Shown here: in pieces, positions 12,590 to 26,382 of the stretch
Numbering within the stretch: the stretch's first letter is position 1
Layout of the letters: each line of letters opens with the position of its first letter
Assembly (NCBI GenBank): GCA_964016885.1
Contig: OZ024744.1
Coordinates: 38,688,001-38,752,000 of the forward strand
Reading direction: 5' to 3'
Length of the DNA: 64,000 nt
DNA from: Eledone cirrhosa
Lineage: Eukaryota
The notes under the pieces: generated by a model
Seen by the model: only the letters and a program-made list of their open reading frames with translations
Databases searched by the model: none
Told to the model about the DNA's origin: nothing
Program-made: the position numbers and the translations under genes

Positions 12590-13900
12590 AAGAAAGACAT
12601 GGTGGCGAACACTTTTATAGTGTCCGCCATCTACTACCGCTTGACCGTCGTGCCTTGTCCAGCCGAAACGCTCACCAAAATGGAGCACGCTCTCTTCCAA
12701 TTCCTTTGGAAAAAGCGGGCTCCTTTGGTGAAAAGATCCATCTGCTGCCAACACCCTTCCAACGGAGGGCTGGGGATGCCGTGGCTGACGATGCGCAAAC
12801 ACGCACTCAGGCTACGGCATCTCTACATATTCCTCACCGGACAACCGGTGTGGGCCCCGTTCGTGAGGCGTCCTTCCCACGAATCGTCTCGCTGACCGAG
12901 CTGCAGTCCTGGGTCAAGCAAAGACCGAGGTAAATGGGTGACTGTCACATCGAATGTGCTCAGGCGCTCACAGCCCTCTGTCAGGCGGACCCGGCGATCA
13001 GTGGAGACTCCACTTCGTCATTCTATAGAGGGTTGATCCGCAGCTAAGTGCGACGGCGCGCTCGGAGAAGTTCTAGTCGTAGAGGAAGACGAACTGGCCA
13101 GTCTGTTTGGTAGGACCTTTCGCCCGGGACCGATGGACAACTTCCAAAAGTCCCTGGCCTGGCAGTTCTACCGAGAAGGTCTACCAGTTCGCGACAAGCT
13201 CTACAGACATGGTTGCCCGGGTAGGGACCCTTCGAAAAAGATCCATCCGAGATGCGTGCGAGACGAAGAAACCATCGCGCACGCATTCATACACTGCCCG
13301 GGCGTTACAGACCTGTGGGGCTATGTAGAACGACTATTGTCGCGGGTCGGACCAATCCAGTTGACCACCGAGTCCATTGTCATAATCAAACTGCCACCCT
13401 CCTTCAAAAACGAAGGAGAGGCGGTTTTCCTTTGTGTGATAGCTATGGCGAAAGAGGTTGTATGGTGGACGAGGTTAAAATGGCTGAGGTCAGACACCTT
13501 TCTCTCTGGCCAACAACTGATTCTTTTTTTCAAATACCACTTTGGAAGAAGAATCGGGATGGACAGAGAGGTGCTGTACCCCAGCAAGTTTTATTTATGG
13601 TGGGTGAAAGTGGCGAGAATGGCCCGAGTTAATGGGCCTTCTCTCTATATCAGCCTGTAGGTTGAGGAAAAAGAGGAAGAGAGGAAAGGAGTACAAACTC
13701 TTCGTACTCCTGGAAATGAGGGTTGCACATTTTTTTCGGGGGTATGTGTTACCCATATGAACTGTCTCCCCCTATTGGGGAAAAGCGATTAACTTTTAAA
13801 TTACATTTGTGATAATATTTTACACGTTTTTATTGTATGTAAACTTCCCCCTTTGTATTTGTCCCCTTCTTTTGTGCCCCTGTGGTTAATAAAGAAACAT
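12590..13900 (+). mobile_element. 5'-truncated Tx1/L1-type LINE (ORF2 C-terminal part, frameshifted) with 3' UTR and (TATC)n tail
   Basis: GGLGMP motif, CxxxxETIAHAFIHC C-terminal Cys/His motif. Homologous to 54800-55800. aataaag followed by microsatellite. Confidence 0.85.
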
Positions 13901-13924
13901 ATATCTATCTATCTCTCTATCTAT

Positions 13925-13979
<55 letters not shown>

Positions 13980-14024
13980 CCTACCTATATATATCTCAAT
14001 CTATCTATCTATCTCTATATATTT

Positions 14025-14280
14025 AGGGTAAAGACCCCCTTCGATCACGAAACCATGGGATTTGCACCTAGAATGTTTCCCTCCGTAAGACCAGCAGTCA
14101 CCCATGCATACCGGAAAGGTATGAGGCCGATACAGTTTGCACGAATGACATCGCAACTCATTTCTACAGCTGAGTAAACTGGAGCAACGTGAGATAAAAT
14201 GTCTTGCTCAAGAATACAACGCAAATCCTGGTCCGAGAATCTAACTCACAACTTCAGGATTGTAAGCCCGACTCTCTACT
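14025..14280 (-). mobile_element. tRNA-derived SINE of a second family
   Basis: Minus strand reads tRNA-like head (...gttgtgagttagattctcggacc), then ttcttgagcaagacattttatctcacgttgctccagtttactcagctgtagaaatgag, a conserved SINE-core-like block. Confidence 0.6.
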
Positions 14281-14504
14281 TTCTGTATATATTTATATTT
14301 GCAAGGTTTTTGCTATGAAATCGTGTGTTGAATTTATATTTGGGGAGGGTCATATTGTTATAATATTGCCAGAAATAATAACAGAACACACTCACTGTTT
14401 GATTGGTTTTCGCTTCTGTATATTTTATATCTCCATAGTTAATCTATCTGGCAATCAATGTTTATCATTGATTGACCAACGGTTAAAAATACAGATCTAA
14501 ACAT

Positions 14505-14562
14505 ATATAGTCTATCAAAGTTCTTTCGTCACACATCTGTGACATCATCAGTGGTACTATTA
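14505..14562 (-). ncRNA. Hammerhead-like motif, probably decayed
   Basis: Minus strand: CTGATGA-t-gtcaca-gatg-tgtgac-GAAA. Stem I is only partly paired (atagtacca / tgatagactat). Confidence 0.45.
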
Positions 14563-14604
14563 TGTTTCCTCCCGTGATATTGTAATGCCTACATCATTTT
14601 CATT

Positions 14605-14655
<51 letters not shown>

Positions 14656-14792
14656 TTCTTGTCTCTGTCTCTGTTTGCGCATGCGTTTGAGTGTGTGATT
14701 CCTGTTTGGTGTGTGTTCGTGTTTGAGTGTATGTGTTTTTGTATTCTATCTTTATTCACGAGTGTGAGTTTATGTGTGTTTGTTATTGTACT

Positions 14793-14831
<39 letters not shown>

Positions 14832-15059
14832 TTCCCTTAAGTCAGTATTGTTTGGGTCTGGTTGTTGTTGTTATTCCATTCGTTATTTCTGTTCAACTTT
14901 TGTTTCCTTAGTTCCATCCCTGTTGCTTCTCTGAGTTGCCTACCTGTTGAGTCATTTCTATGCTTAGATATTATTTTAATTTCTATGTTGTCTATACTAC
15001 CGTTATGTCTTTGCCTGACGTGTTCATATAGCGTTCATATATATATATATATATGTTAT

Positions 15060-15200
15060 TCCGGGTTGAATCGGAGGTAACCACAGTAAGTAAGGTACTC
15101 GATACATAGCAGAGTATAAAAGTTTTAATATAGATGAGATTCTAGAGGACTAGAACTGTTTCATTCTTTAGAAATCATCAGGAATCTATATATTTATACA
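15060..15200 (-). mobile_element. Retrozyme/pLTR remnant with a hammerhead core related to the 310-bp unit
   Basis: Minus strand ctgatgatttctaaagaatgaaac versus array ctgatgatttctaacaagaatgaaac. Stem I agattc/gaatct. The 3' end abuts (TA)n at about 15055. Confidence 0.6.
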
Positions 15201-15522
15201 TATATTGGAAAATGTATATATAGTGAAAAAGAATGACTTCACTTGTAGTTCTAAACAATTTAATTTTATCATATTATAATTTTACAGTTTGGTTTTGTAG
15301 ATCAAGTAAGTTCTTTACTTTGTATATCTAGTAACATCGGTGGGGAGATTTTTTAAAGATTCCTGGTTAACTTTCCTGGAGAACCTTCTCGCATTCGTCG
15401 GTGACGATTGGCAAAGTTATAATATAGGATTCAAAGCAAGTATTTATTTTTCTCAGAAAGCATGAAACGTCCGTAGCGATGTATAAAAATAAATAATAAT
15501 AATACTATTCTTGGTTTTCTTG

Positions 15523-15600
<78 letters not shown>

Positions 15601-15679
15601 GTGTGTGTGTATATATGTGCGTGTATACACACACACACACACATGCATATATATATACGTATATGTATACCCACACAGC

Positions 15680-15710
<31 letters not shown>

Positions 15711-15717
15711 TTATATA

Positions 15718-15937
15718 AGGTACTCATTACATTGGTAGAGTATAGGCAAATTTATTATAAATAGAAATGACTTCTACAGTTACTATAACTGTTCCATTCG
15801 TATGATTTCATGCGAATGAAACAGTTCTAGTCCAGTAGAAGTCATTTCTATATATAAGTAAGATGCCTGTACACTACCAATGTATTGAGTACCTTTTTTT
15901 AACCGTAGTTACTTTCCGGCACAACTCGGGAATCTAC

Positions 15938-15940
<3 letters not shown>
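15718..15940. mobile_element. Short inverted pair of the same retrozyme/pLTR 3' end between two (TA)n tracts
   Basis: aaggtactcattacattggtagagt / acactaccaatgtattgagtacctt and atagaaatgacttcta / tagaagtcatttctat are inverted. Contains gaatgaaacagttctagtcc as in 15148-15167 (minus). Confidence 0.6.
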
Positions 15941-15977
<37 letters not shown>

Positions 15978-16504
15978 GTGGAGGGGTGTATATGTGTGCG
16001 CAAGCGTGTGTGTGTGTTGTTAGATCTCCGTCGTTTTCGACGACAAGTATTCCAGTTGATATGATCACGAGAGCTGCCTTGTGAATTAACGTTTAAATGG
16101 TTGAGCATTCTACATACGCAGGTAATTCTGAGGGAGATTCAGCGTGAAATAAATTGTGACAACGCCCGCTACAAAGAAGCGGCTGATGACAACTTCATTT
16201 TCCGTCTTTATGGGTATTCACCTTATTTAATAAGCACATGGCTCTTTATATCAACTTTATCCTCTCAGTGCTTAGTAAAAGTCCAATAGATTGGCTACGT
16301 AAACACGATATTTGTTCATATTATATTATAATAATATAATTGTTTCTACTTTTGGCACAAGGCCAGCAAATACCCAGTACATTACTGGTATTTATTTTAT
16401 CGACCCCTTAAGGATGAAAGGCAAAGTTGACCGATAATATAATATAATATAACATATTATTTCAATATAATATATTATATTTTAATAATATAACATAACA
16501 TATA

Positions 16505-16722
16505 TCATTACAATATAATATATTATATTATTATAATATAATATATTATATTATTATAATATAATATATTATATTATTATAATATAATATATTATATTAT
16601 TATAATATAATATATTATATTATTATAATATAATATATTATATTATTATAATATAATATATTATATTATTATAATATAATATATTATATTATTATAATAT
16701 AATATATTATATTATTATAATA
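16505..16722. repeat. Pure-AT minisatellite, ~23-bp unit
   Basis: tatattatattattataatataa repeated about 9 times. Confidence 0.85.
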
Positions 16723-17191
16723 TATGTTATATATGGTGGTGGATTGGCAGTATCGGGACTGCCAATCAGTAAAGCGTCAGACACCATGCTTTGCACTGGG
16801 GTAATTGCTGGCCTTGTGCTCAAACTAGAAACAATTATATTATCATATTGTACATTCTATGTTTCTGGTCTGAGTTTCATGATTGCTCGCTCATCACGCA
16901 ATTGAACGCAATATATATGGCAGATATTATGTGTATAGTTATTATCGTTCGCAAGAGGATGTAAGCAATTTCTAAGAGGAAAATACTTATTAACCTGTTG
17001 ACTGCCGCGTATATTTTACACAGCTACAGTTGCTGTGCTGGGTTGTTGTTGTTGTTTTTTGTTGTTTTTGTTTTTTTCGGGGGGGGGGGGGGGTCAGTAT
17101 AATGAGTATTTTGTTAAACAAACATTTATTAACAAAATATAACTGGATGATTGACAAACGTCACATCAATAAATTAATAACCCCATCTAGC

Positions 17192-17545
17192 TTTGAAGTT
17201 ATGAACTGTTGGAAACGATTACATGAATTTAAAGTTATGAACTGTTGGAAACGATTACAATTACATGAATTTGAAGTTATGAACTGTTGGAAACGATTAC
17301 AATTACATGAATTTGAAGTTGTGAACTGTTGGAAACGATTACAATTACATGAATTTGAAGTTATGAACTGTTGGAAACGATTACAATTACATGAATTTGA
17401 AGTTATGAACTGTTGGAAACGATTACAATTACATGAATTTGAAGTTATGAACTGTTGGAAACGATTACAATTACATGAATTTGAAGTTATGAACTGTTGG
17501 AAACGATTACAATTACATGAATTTGAAGTTATGAACTGTTGGAAA
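17192..17545. repeat. 42-bp minisatellite, ~8.5 copies
   Basis: tttgaagttatgaactgttggaaacgattacaattacatgaa head-to-tail with no spacers. Gives the 14-aa repeat in ORF 17030-17563. Confidence 0.95.
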
Positions 17546-18032
17546 AGAGTTCAAATATGTTAGGACGAGTTATCTCGTCTACGGCTCTGAAGAGGTTATG
17601 TGTAATATAGAATGAGTCTCTCTGGTGAATGAAAATTTAGATGTAATAATTATTTCTACTTTTGGCACAAGGCCAGTAATTAACCCAGTACATTACTGGT
17701 ACTTTATTTTTTCGACCCCGTATGTATGAAAGGCAAAGTTAACCTCGGCGGGATTTGAACTCAGACCATAAAGGGCCATAGGTGTTTGCAGCAAAGCATA
17801 GCATCCGACCCTCTACCGATACTGCCAATCCACCACCCTTTTAGATGTAATAATAAGAATTCATACTTATGCATGCATACTCTCATGCAAACACACACAT
17901 ACACACATATTTCGTATACCAACACGCACTTATGTGTGTGTGTATGTATGTGAGTATATATATACCTACGTACATATACACACGTACATACACACACAGG
18001 CACATACAGACATTCATATACACACACAGCCA

Positions 18033-18087
<55 letters not shown>

Positions 18088-18133
18088 AATGAAGTATTTC
18101 CGTCAGAAAGGTACAGGAAAAAAGATAAATATT

Positions 18134-18285
<152 letters not shown>

Positions 18286-18404
18286 GTTATGTAATAAACA
18301 ACATAAGATAATTATTTCATTTACCAGTGGTTTCTTGAAAGCAGATAGGTCTGCTTTCAGTCGGTAGAATGAATAAAACATGATGTTTTTATTAAATGTG
18401 GATT

Positions 18405-18477
<73 letters not shown>

Positions 18478-18822
18478 GCTACGAAAACGATTTCCTTCTT
18501 TCTTACATCGGATTCATCGCGAAAGGTCTAATTCTTACTCGCTCATATAATCACCCAGATTATACTGATAGAATAACTATGTAGCTTGTGTTTCTTCCTA
18601 TCTTCGGTTAGCTTTCCCCTGTGTTGTTTACTTGTCTCACTCGCTTTACGCGTTTTAATTGTCCTAATAACTTATTTTAGTTATTATTGCACCAACGCGA
18701 GGTATATGATTTTTAATGCAATGAAATACCAATGACCGCTGGCAAATCACTGATGAGGGACTCATTTTATAACATGTTATTATCCATGTGCAACCATGCA
18801 GTATTCTTCTCCCCATATTTTT

Positions 18823-18869
<47 letters not shown>

Positions 18870-18876
<7 letters not shown>

Positions 18877-21800
18877 ATTAAATAAATGGAAAACTATATT
18901 TATAAAACCATATTTATTTCATTATATATATTTCGGGGATATCATATTAACAATATGCTATGCCTTCATCAGACAAAATACAATATAAACAGTTTTATAG
19001 ATAAATAGATTCGACATACCGTAATAAACATCGACTTCATTTGAAGAGGTTTACGCTAGCAGTGAAAATTTTATACAGAGAGACAGAAAGAGAGAGAAAA
19101 AAAAAAAAAAAAAAAAGAAAGACAAAACGAAGAAAAGGAAGAAAAAGGAGAAAAAGAAAAAGAAGAGATGCATGGAACAAAATAGAGAGATGGAAAGATA
19201 GATAAAGCGAAGAGCTTCATGTAAAGAAACAGAAAGAGATATATATATAGAGAGAGGAAATAGAGATAGATACATATATATATAGAAAATTAGGTAGTGG
19301 GAGGTCATTTTGAGTAAGTGTATCAATGATACATTTATTTATTTATTTATTTATTTAGCTCAAGTATTAATGTAAGGGAGATATATATAGAGAAAAAAAT
19401 ATATAGAGAGGAAAAAAAAAAAAAAATAGCGAGAGAAAAAATTAAAAAATAGCCAGACATATTCGAGGTGTAAAAAAACCTTATGTTTTAATGTATTAGT
19501 ATTTATAAAACTTACACTATATTGTAAATATCAGTATTCCTGAATGAAACAAGTATCCATAATGTGTGAAAATTAATTATCTTATGTTTAGTTTTAAAAA
19601 ATTCATATGTTTATGTGACAGCTACAAACATCCATGCGAATCCAACTGATTCACTCTGCAAACTCTAGGTTACCGGAAAACATTCTCAATGTGGTATAAA
19701 AATTTGAGCGTATTATTATTCACTACAAGATTATCTATCAAGCAGAAATAGAGAGCAGATTTCAATATACTAATAAAAATATATATTATACTATAAACAA
19801 AACTAAAAATATAAAGATAACAATAATAATAATAAGTAAAAATATTACGAAAGAATATTACATAGTAAAAATATTACATATTAAAAATACTACGTATTAA
19901 AAATATTACGTATTAAAAATTTACATATTAAAGATATTAAAAATTTTTTAAAAATAAAAATAAAATAAAAATAAAAAATAAAAAATATTATAGAATACTA
20001 CAATATTAAAAAATAAAAAATAAAAAATAAAAAATAAAAAATAAAAAATAAAAATAAAAATAAAAATAAAAATAAAAATAAAAAATAAAAATAAAAATAA
20101 AAATAAAAATAAACCACAAAGATTTTTTACTTGGATCTGTGAAAGAATTCTTGTGGTTATTATAGAACAACCATAGAATAGTCAATTTCCTAGATATAAC
20201 ATTAAATCTCAACACATGTCTCCACTATCCTTTTCACAAGTTGAATGAAAACTTAAACTATGTCAACTTTAACTCTAACCACCCCAGATCTGTCAAAAAC
20301 ACTATAGTAAACTCAGTCCAAAAACGTATCTCTAAGATCTCGTCGAATAGAAAGATTTTTGACGAAAAGGCCCAGTACTATAATGATGCACTAGCTAGGG
20401 CAGGATATGCTGATAAGATTGTATACATAGATAATAATAGACAAACTAAACAAAGTAACAACTTTTTTAATTACGGCAACAACATTAACAACTATAATAG
20501 AAAGCATTACAATAATTCCAAAGGACAAAAAAGAAATAGAACTAGGAACATAATTTGGTTTGCCCCCCCTTTCTCACTAAACATTAAAACCCACATCGCT
20601 AAATTATTTTTCAAAGCTCTTGATAATCGCTTCCCTGGAACACATAGGTATCACTCAATCTTCAATAGGCATACAATTAAATTAACCTAATCATCCACCA
20701 AAAATTTAGCACAAAATATTAATAGAATAAATAATAGGAACTTAAAACCTACTGATAATAGCATAAATAATATACAAGTTAACAAATGTAACTGTAGAGA
20801 TAGATCTAAATGTCCGTTAAATAACAACTGCTTAGTTAAAAATATAGTATACAATTGTAATGTTAATACTGATTCTAATTCTTTTAACTACGTCGGTTCC
20901 ACATCGACGGAATTTAAACTTCGCTATAATAACCACAAGAATTCTTTCACAGATCCAAGTAAAAAATCTTCAACGGCACTATCAGGCGTACTCTGGCAAC
21001 TTAAGCTAGATAACGTTAGATATTCGACGGCTTGGAATATAGTCTCAAGAGGGATTCCTTTTAATTCATCCTCCGAGACATGTGACCTCTGTGCAGAGGA
21101 GATATTCTTTATACTAAAATCTAAAAATTCCCTTAACCTACGGACAAATTTATTCAGTTGTTGCAAACATAGATTAAATATAAATTTAAATTTAAAATGT
21201 AGTATATTTAGTTTGATTTGTATTTATATGGGAACTAGCCGATAAATTTTTTGTTTCCTAAATCTTTGATTCCCTCTTTTTACTCTTTTTTTATTGTTTA
21301 TTTTTATTTTTATTTTATCTAAACATTCCTCATGAAAAATTAAGCTACCCTAAAAGCTGATGCTCCAAATTTTTGAATTAACCTTACACTAGATAAACTT
21401 CTATATTAAATATAAAAACATATGTAGATCTAATTGGACATCATAATCTTTTTGAAATGTTCTTTGCTAGATGTGATTTGATAGATAATTTTTGGCTTTG
21501 TCTTGTAATGAACTTGGCAATATATTGTCAATTAACTTTGAAGGGTTGTTCTTTGTGGTTTATTTTTATTTTTATTTTTATTTTTATTTTTTATTTTTAT
21601 TTTTATTTTTATTTTTATTTTTATTTTTATTTTTTATTTTTTATTTTTTATTTTTTATTTTTTATTTTTTATTTTTTATTTTTTATTTTTTATTTTTTAT
21701 TTTTTATTTTTTATTTTTTAATATTGTAGTATTCTATAATATTTTTTATTTTTTATTTTTATTTTATTTTTATTTTTAAAAAATTTTTAATATCTTTAAT

Positions 21801-22953
21801 ATGTAAATTTTTAATACGTAATATTTTTAATACGTAGTATTTTTAATATGTAATATTTTTACTATGTAATATTCTTTCGTAATATTTTTACTTATTATTA
21901 TTATTGTTATCTTTATATTTTTAGTTTTGTTTATAGTATAATATATATTTTTATTAGTATATTGAAATCTGCTCTCTATTTCTGCTTGATAGATAATCTT
22001 GTAGTGAATAATAATACGCTCAAATTTTTATACCACATTGAGAATGTTTTCCGGTAACCTAGAGTTTGCAGAGTGAATCAGTTGGATTCGCATGGATGTT
22101 TGTAGCTGTCACATAAACATATGAATTTTTTAAAACTAAACATAAGATAATTAATTTTCACACATTATGGATACTTGTTTCATTCAGGAATACTGATATT
22201 TACAATATAGTGTAAGTTTTATAAATACTAATACATTAAAACATAAGGTTTTTTTACACCTCGAATATGTCTGGCTATTTTTTAATTTTTTCTCTCGCTA
22301 TTTTTTTTTTCCTCTCTATATATTTTTTTTTCTATATATATATCTCCCTTACATTAATACTTGAGCTAAATAAATAAATAAATAAATAAATGTATCATTG
22401 ATACACTTACTCAAAATGACCTCCCACTACCTAATTTTCTATATATATATGTATCTATCTCTATTTCCTCTCTCTCTATATATATATATCTCTTTCTGTT
22501 TCTTTACATGAAGCTCTTCGCTTTATCTATCTTTCCATCTCTCTATTTTGTTCCATGCATCTCTTCTTTTTCTTTTTCTTCTTTTTCTTCCTTTTCTTCG
22601 TTTTGTCTTTCTTTTTTTTTTTTTTTTCTTTTTTTTTTTTTTTTTCTCTCTTTCTGTCTCTCTGTATAAAATTTTCACTGCTAGCGTAAACCTCTTCAAA
22701 TGAAGTCGATGTTTATTACGGTATGTCGAATCTATTTATCTATAAAACTGTTTATATTGTATTTTGTCTGATGAAGGCATAGCATATTGTTAATATGATA
22801 TCCCCGAAATATATATAATGAAATAAATATGGTTTTATAAATATAGTTTTCCATTTATTTAATATTGTAAATATACTCCAAATATTTGTCGAGTGCTTTT
22901 ATATCAGTTATAAATATTTACTAGTTGTAACCCAACAATTTTAAATATAACTT

Positions 22954-22957
<4 letters not shown>
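18870..22957. mobile_element. 5'-truncated Penelope-like element in inverted configuration (~1.25-1.3-kb arms)
   Basis: 18870-20122 is the reverse complement of 21550-22869. The centre holds a PLE ORF 3' half. HHR-like core at 22768-22812 and its mirror at about 18925-18972. (TA)n at both ends. Confidence 0.9.
20166..21200 (+). pseudogene. PLE ORF fragment: RT thumb + GIY-YIG endonuclease, with an internal stop at 20688-20690
   Basis: IVNFLDITLN...SNHP...WFAPPFS; downstream reads CNCRDRSKCPL, NIVYNC...YVGST, FKLRYNNH, CDLCAEE. Confidence 0.85.
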
Positions 22958-23016
<59 letters not shown>

Positions 23017-23296
23017 ATATTTGTTTATATGTATTTGTATATATATGTATGCTTGTGCTTGTATATATGTTTTTGTGTATATGCGTATATATGTGTTTAT
23101 ATGTGTGTATAGATTTACGTATATGTTTATTTGTATGCGTGCGTTGATTTCTTATTGCGTGCGTGTGTGCGCACGCGTATGTGTACGTATGTATGTGGGT
23201 TATGTACCTTTGAGATTCATTTTTCTAAATTATTGTAGTGTTTTTTTGTATGTGTATGCATGTGGATATGCGTATATATGTTTGTATGTATGTGTG

Positions 23297-23327
<31 letters not shown>

Positions 23328-24932
23328 ATGTGTGAGTGTATATGTATATATATATGTATATATATAAATATATATGTGTATATATATATGTGTGCATCAT
23401 GTATGTGTATGTGTACGTATAGTTATTTTACATATATACATGTGTGTGTTTGCATGCGTGTGTTGGTATATATGCATGTATATGTGTATATGTGTATGTA
23501 TATATATATATATGTAAAAGAAATCAAAGAACGCCTACATACTCATACAATTTTTATTTGCTGACAATGTTTCATCCATATCATTGGGCAGGAATTATCA
23601 GAGCTTTATAAACAAAAATACAGTGCTGAGTATAAGCTCTACCGAGCTTAGTCACATGAACATTATAAATACAATAGAGGGCAACAAGAGGGAGATCGGA
23701 AATGGGGAGTATGGAGAGAGTGCATAATGGGGTTGTTATTCAGCACTACAGCTAAATGCAATGGTACAGGCAGATATCTTCACAAGATGCAGAAGCACGT
23801 GAGGGAAAAAAGTATAAACAATAGTTAAAACATATAATAATAAATTAAAAGGAAAGTAGTAATATAAAGAGATTAAAAAATTAAAAAATTAAAAAATTAA
23901 AAAAGAAAAAAGAAAAAGTTTTAAAGCACACAAAAAACAAAGGAAGCTATGTGTTGGTCATTATATATATAACAGGTGATTTAGCTCTCCATAACCTAGA
24001 GTTATAGAAATACTAAAGGCTTCCAAGGTATCTTCAGAAAGCCCAAATGGGATTTTATTCCTCCCCATAGTATACATAATCAAGGTATACTAGTTGGTTA
24101 CGGAATTATGTGGACCATGGGTGCTAAACCTGTATATAGACAGGTACCACATAAATACAAGCCAAACACAAGCAAAGCGGGGTTAATGCATGATCAGGCT
24201 AAAGCAAAAATACATAACAAAAATGGTTTAGTTCCTGAAAAAAACACTCATCTAACGAGGAGTCACTACATATGCATATCTACCGTAGAGGTTAGTCCAA
24301 TCAGTTTTATATGCCTCGATTGTCTATGAGTTATAAAGATAGAGAATTGTCCGTAGATATAATTCGGTCCTGACTTTACAACATAAAGTAGATCATCCGT
24401 AAAGTGCAATCCAGTCGGATATATACGATCACCAAAACAAAACATCACATATAGTAACATGCAATACAGGCTGAATATACACATCAAAAAATCCCCACAT
24501 GTTCAAAATCCCAGATCGTGAAGTACAATGTGTTCAAGTTGCAGCTCCAGATTTTGTACAACCAAATTCGTCACACCTAATCCAGCCGCATGCCAGGTTA
24601 AGTGTAGTAGTAATTTACCGTTGACCAAACGCATACAGCACGTGGATAACAATCTATACAAAATATACAAAATAGAAAATAACACAAAGTGCTCAAATCA
24701 GTACATCCACCATGTACCACAGTATATCTATTAGGTGGGGTCATACGCAACAGGCATATAAAAAAAATTTATCTAAGACAGCTTACATACCCCGCAGAAA
24801 TTTAGGAGTTCGGCTCCATAAAAAATAAACACACGCTACTTCGTTCTTCACCGCTATGGGTATATACACATCAATTCATGACGTAGATGGTAAACACACG
24901 CCACTTCATTCGTCACTGCTAAGCGTATATAC

Positions 24933-25268
24933 CATTGGTTCCCAACCAGGGGACCATGGCCCACCAGTGGGTCATAGCAAGTTATTGGGGGAGCCACGGG
25001 AATTAACTAAAAATCACAAAATTTTATACATAAAAAAGAAGAGTAGTTTCCTAACATAATTTTTTCTTTTTCTTGCTTCAAATTTTTATATTCAACTTTT
25101 TATCTAATTTCTACCTTTTCTAATTATGATTTTACTTCACAAATAAAAAGACATGCCAAAATTATTTTTACATAAAATATTACATCAAAAATTTTAATTT
25201 TTTGGGGGGCCATACTGTTTTGCTATATCATTAAGGTGGAATTTATTATAAAAGGTTGGGAACCGCTG
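24933..25268. mobile_element. hAT (Charlie-like) MITE nested in the PLE 3' UTR
   Basis: TIRs cattggttcccaacc / ggttgggaaccgctg. Perfect 8-bp TSD GTATATAC at 24925-24932 and 25269-25276. Confidence 0.9.
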
Positions 25269-26382
25269 GTATATACACGCCAATTGATGACGTTACAGTG
25301 GTAAAGAAAGGGGGGACTACTCTCACATGTCATCTATAAGACTATTTAATTCGAACCGCCACCAAAAATTTAATCACCAACAGAATAATTGTTTCTACTT
25401 TTGGCACAAGGCCAGCAATTCACCAGTGTATTACTGGTACTTTATTTTATCGACCCCGTAAGGATGAAAGACAAAGTTAATCACCAACAGAATAATGATA
25501 CTAATTCAACAAGATTCGTACAAATAAAAACTATAATATTATTAATTATTATTGGACCTCTAATATAGTCAAGTGTGTCATTTTAAAGACTATTGAATCG
25601 CGGTTACCTTATGATATGTCATTCGGCCCAATGATAGCTTTACTAAATCTATTATGGAGGAGTGCTCAAACGGGTCGGGTTCAAACAGATAGTATAAAAA
25701 ATAGGTTTTACGGTAAAGGGAACCCTAATAATCCTAAGATGTAAGCACGGTGTCCCCAACCCCGGTACAAGCCGCATATATTACCAAGTATGGGGAGCGG
25801 GCAGTGTACTCAAGTCCCGTAATAGGGAGGGTCAAACAATAGAACTAAATACGCCCAAATGTGTCTGTGGGGCTAAGCTAATGGGGCGAGTAGTTGAATT
25901 CCCTTCTTCAAATGGCAATGGGCTGCCATATATGATACAGTATCATTCGCCATCAAGTGGGGACAATACTCTAGGACGTTACGCCAACAATAAGGGACCA
26001 AAAACTCAACGAAATAAAAAAAACATATGAATCCTTAGCCCAAACTGGGGTAAGGCGTACACTCACACACACCAGTAACTCTCGAGTTGGGGGCTGATGG
26101 GTTGTGTTATTACCCAACCACGGTGGCTGGTGGCTATAGGGAAGCCACTAAATGAAGATCACATGGTGGTGACCCCTGGGAATCTAGACATTCTTGAGAC
26201 CAAGCGATTATCAGGAAACATGCAAATGCAATGGAACAGAAGGCCCCATTGTTATACAAACTTACATACCGAGGGTCCACAGGAGGGGAAGGTACTTGGT
26301 TAAGGAAATAGGAATAATTAGGCGGAAAGTTCAGAAAGTTCTACAGGGGTACTGAATAGGGAAGAGTGAATCCTCGGCAGAT

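Noticed and set aside
17192-17545. CRISPR-like repeats or a repeat protein gene
   Set aside because: Contiguous units without spacers; the ORF starts in low-complexity sequence and has no recognisable domain.
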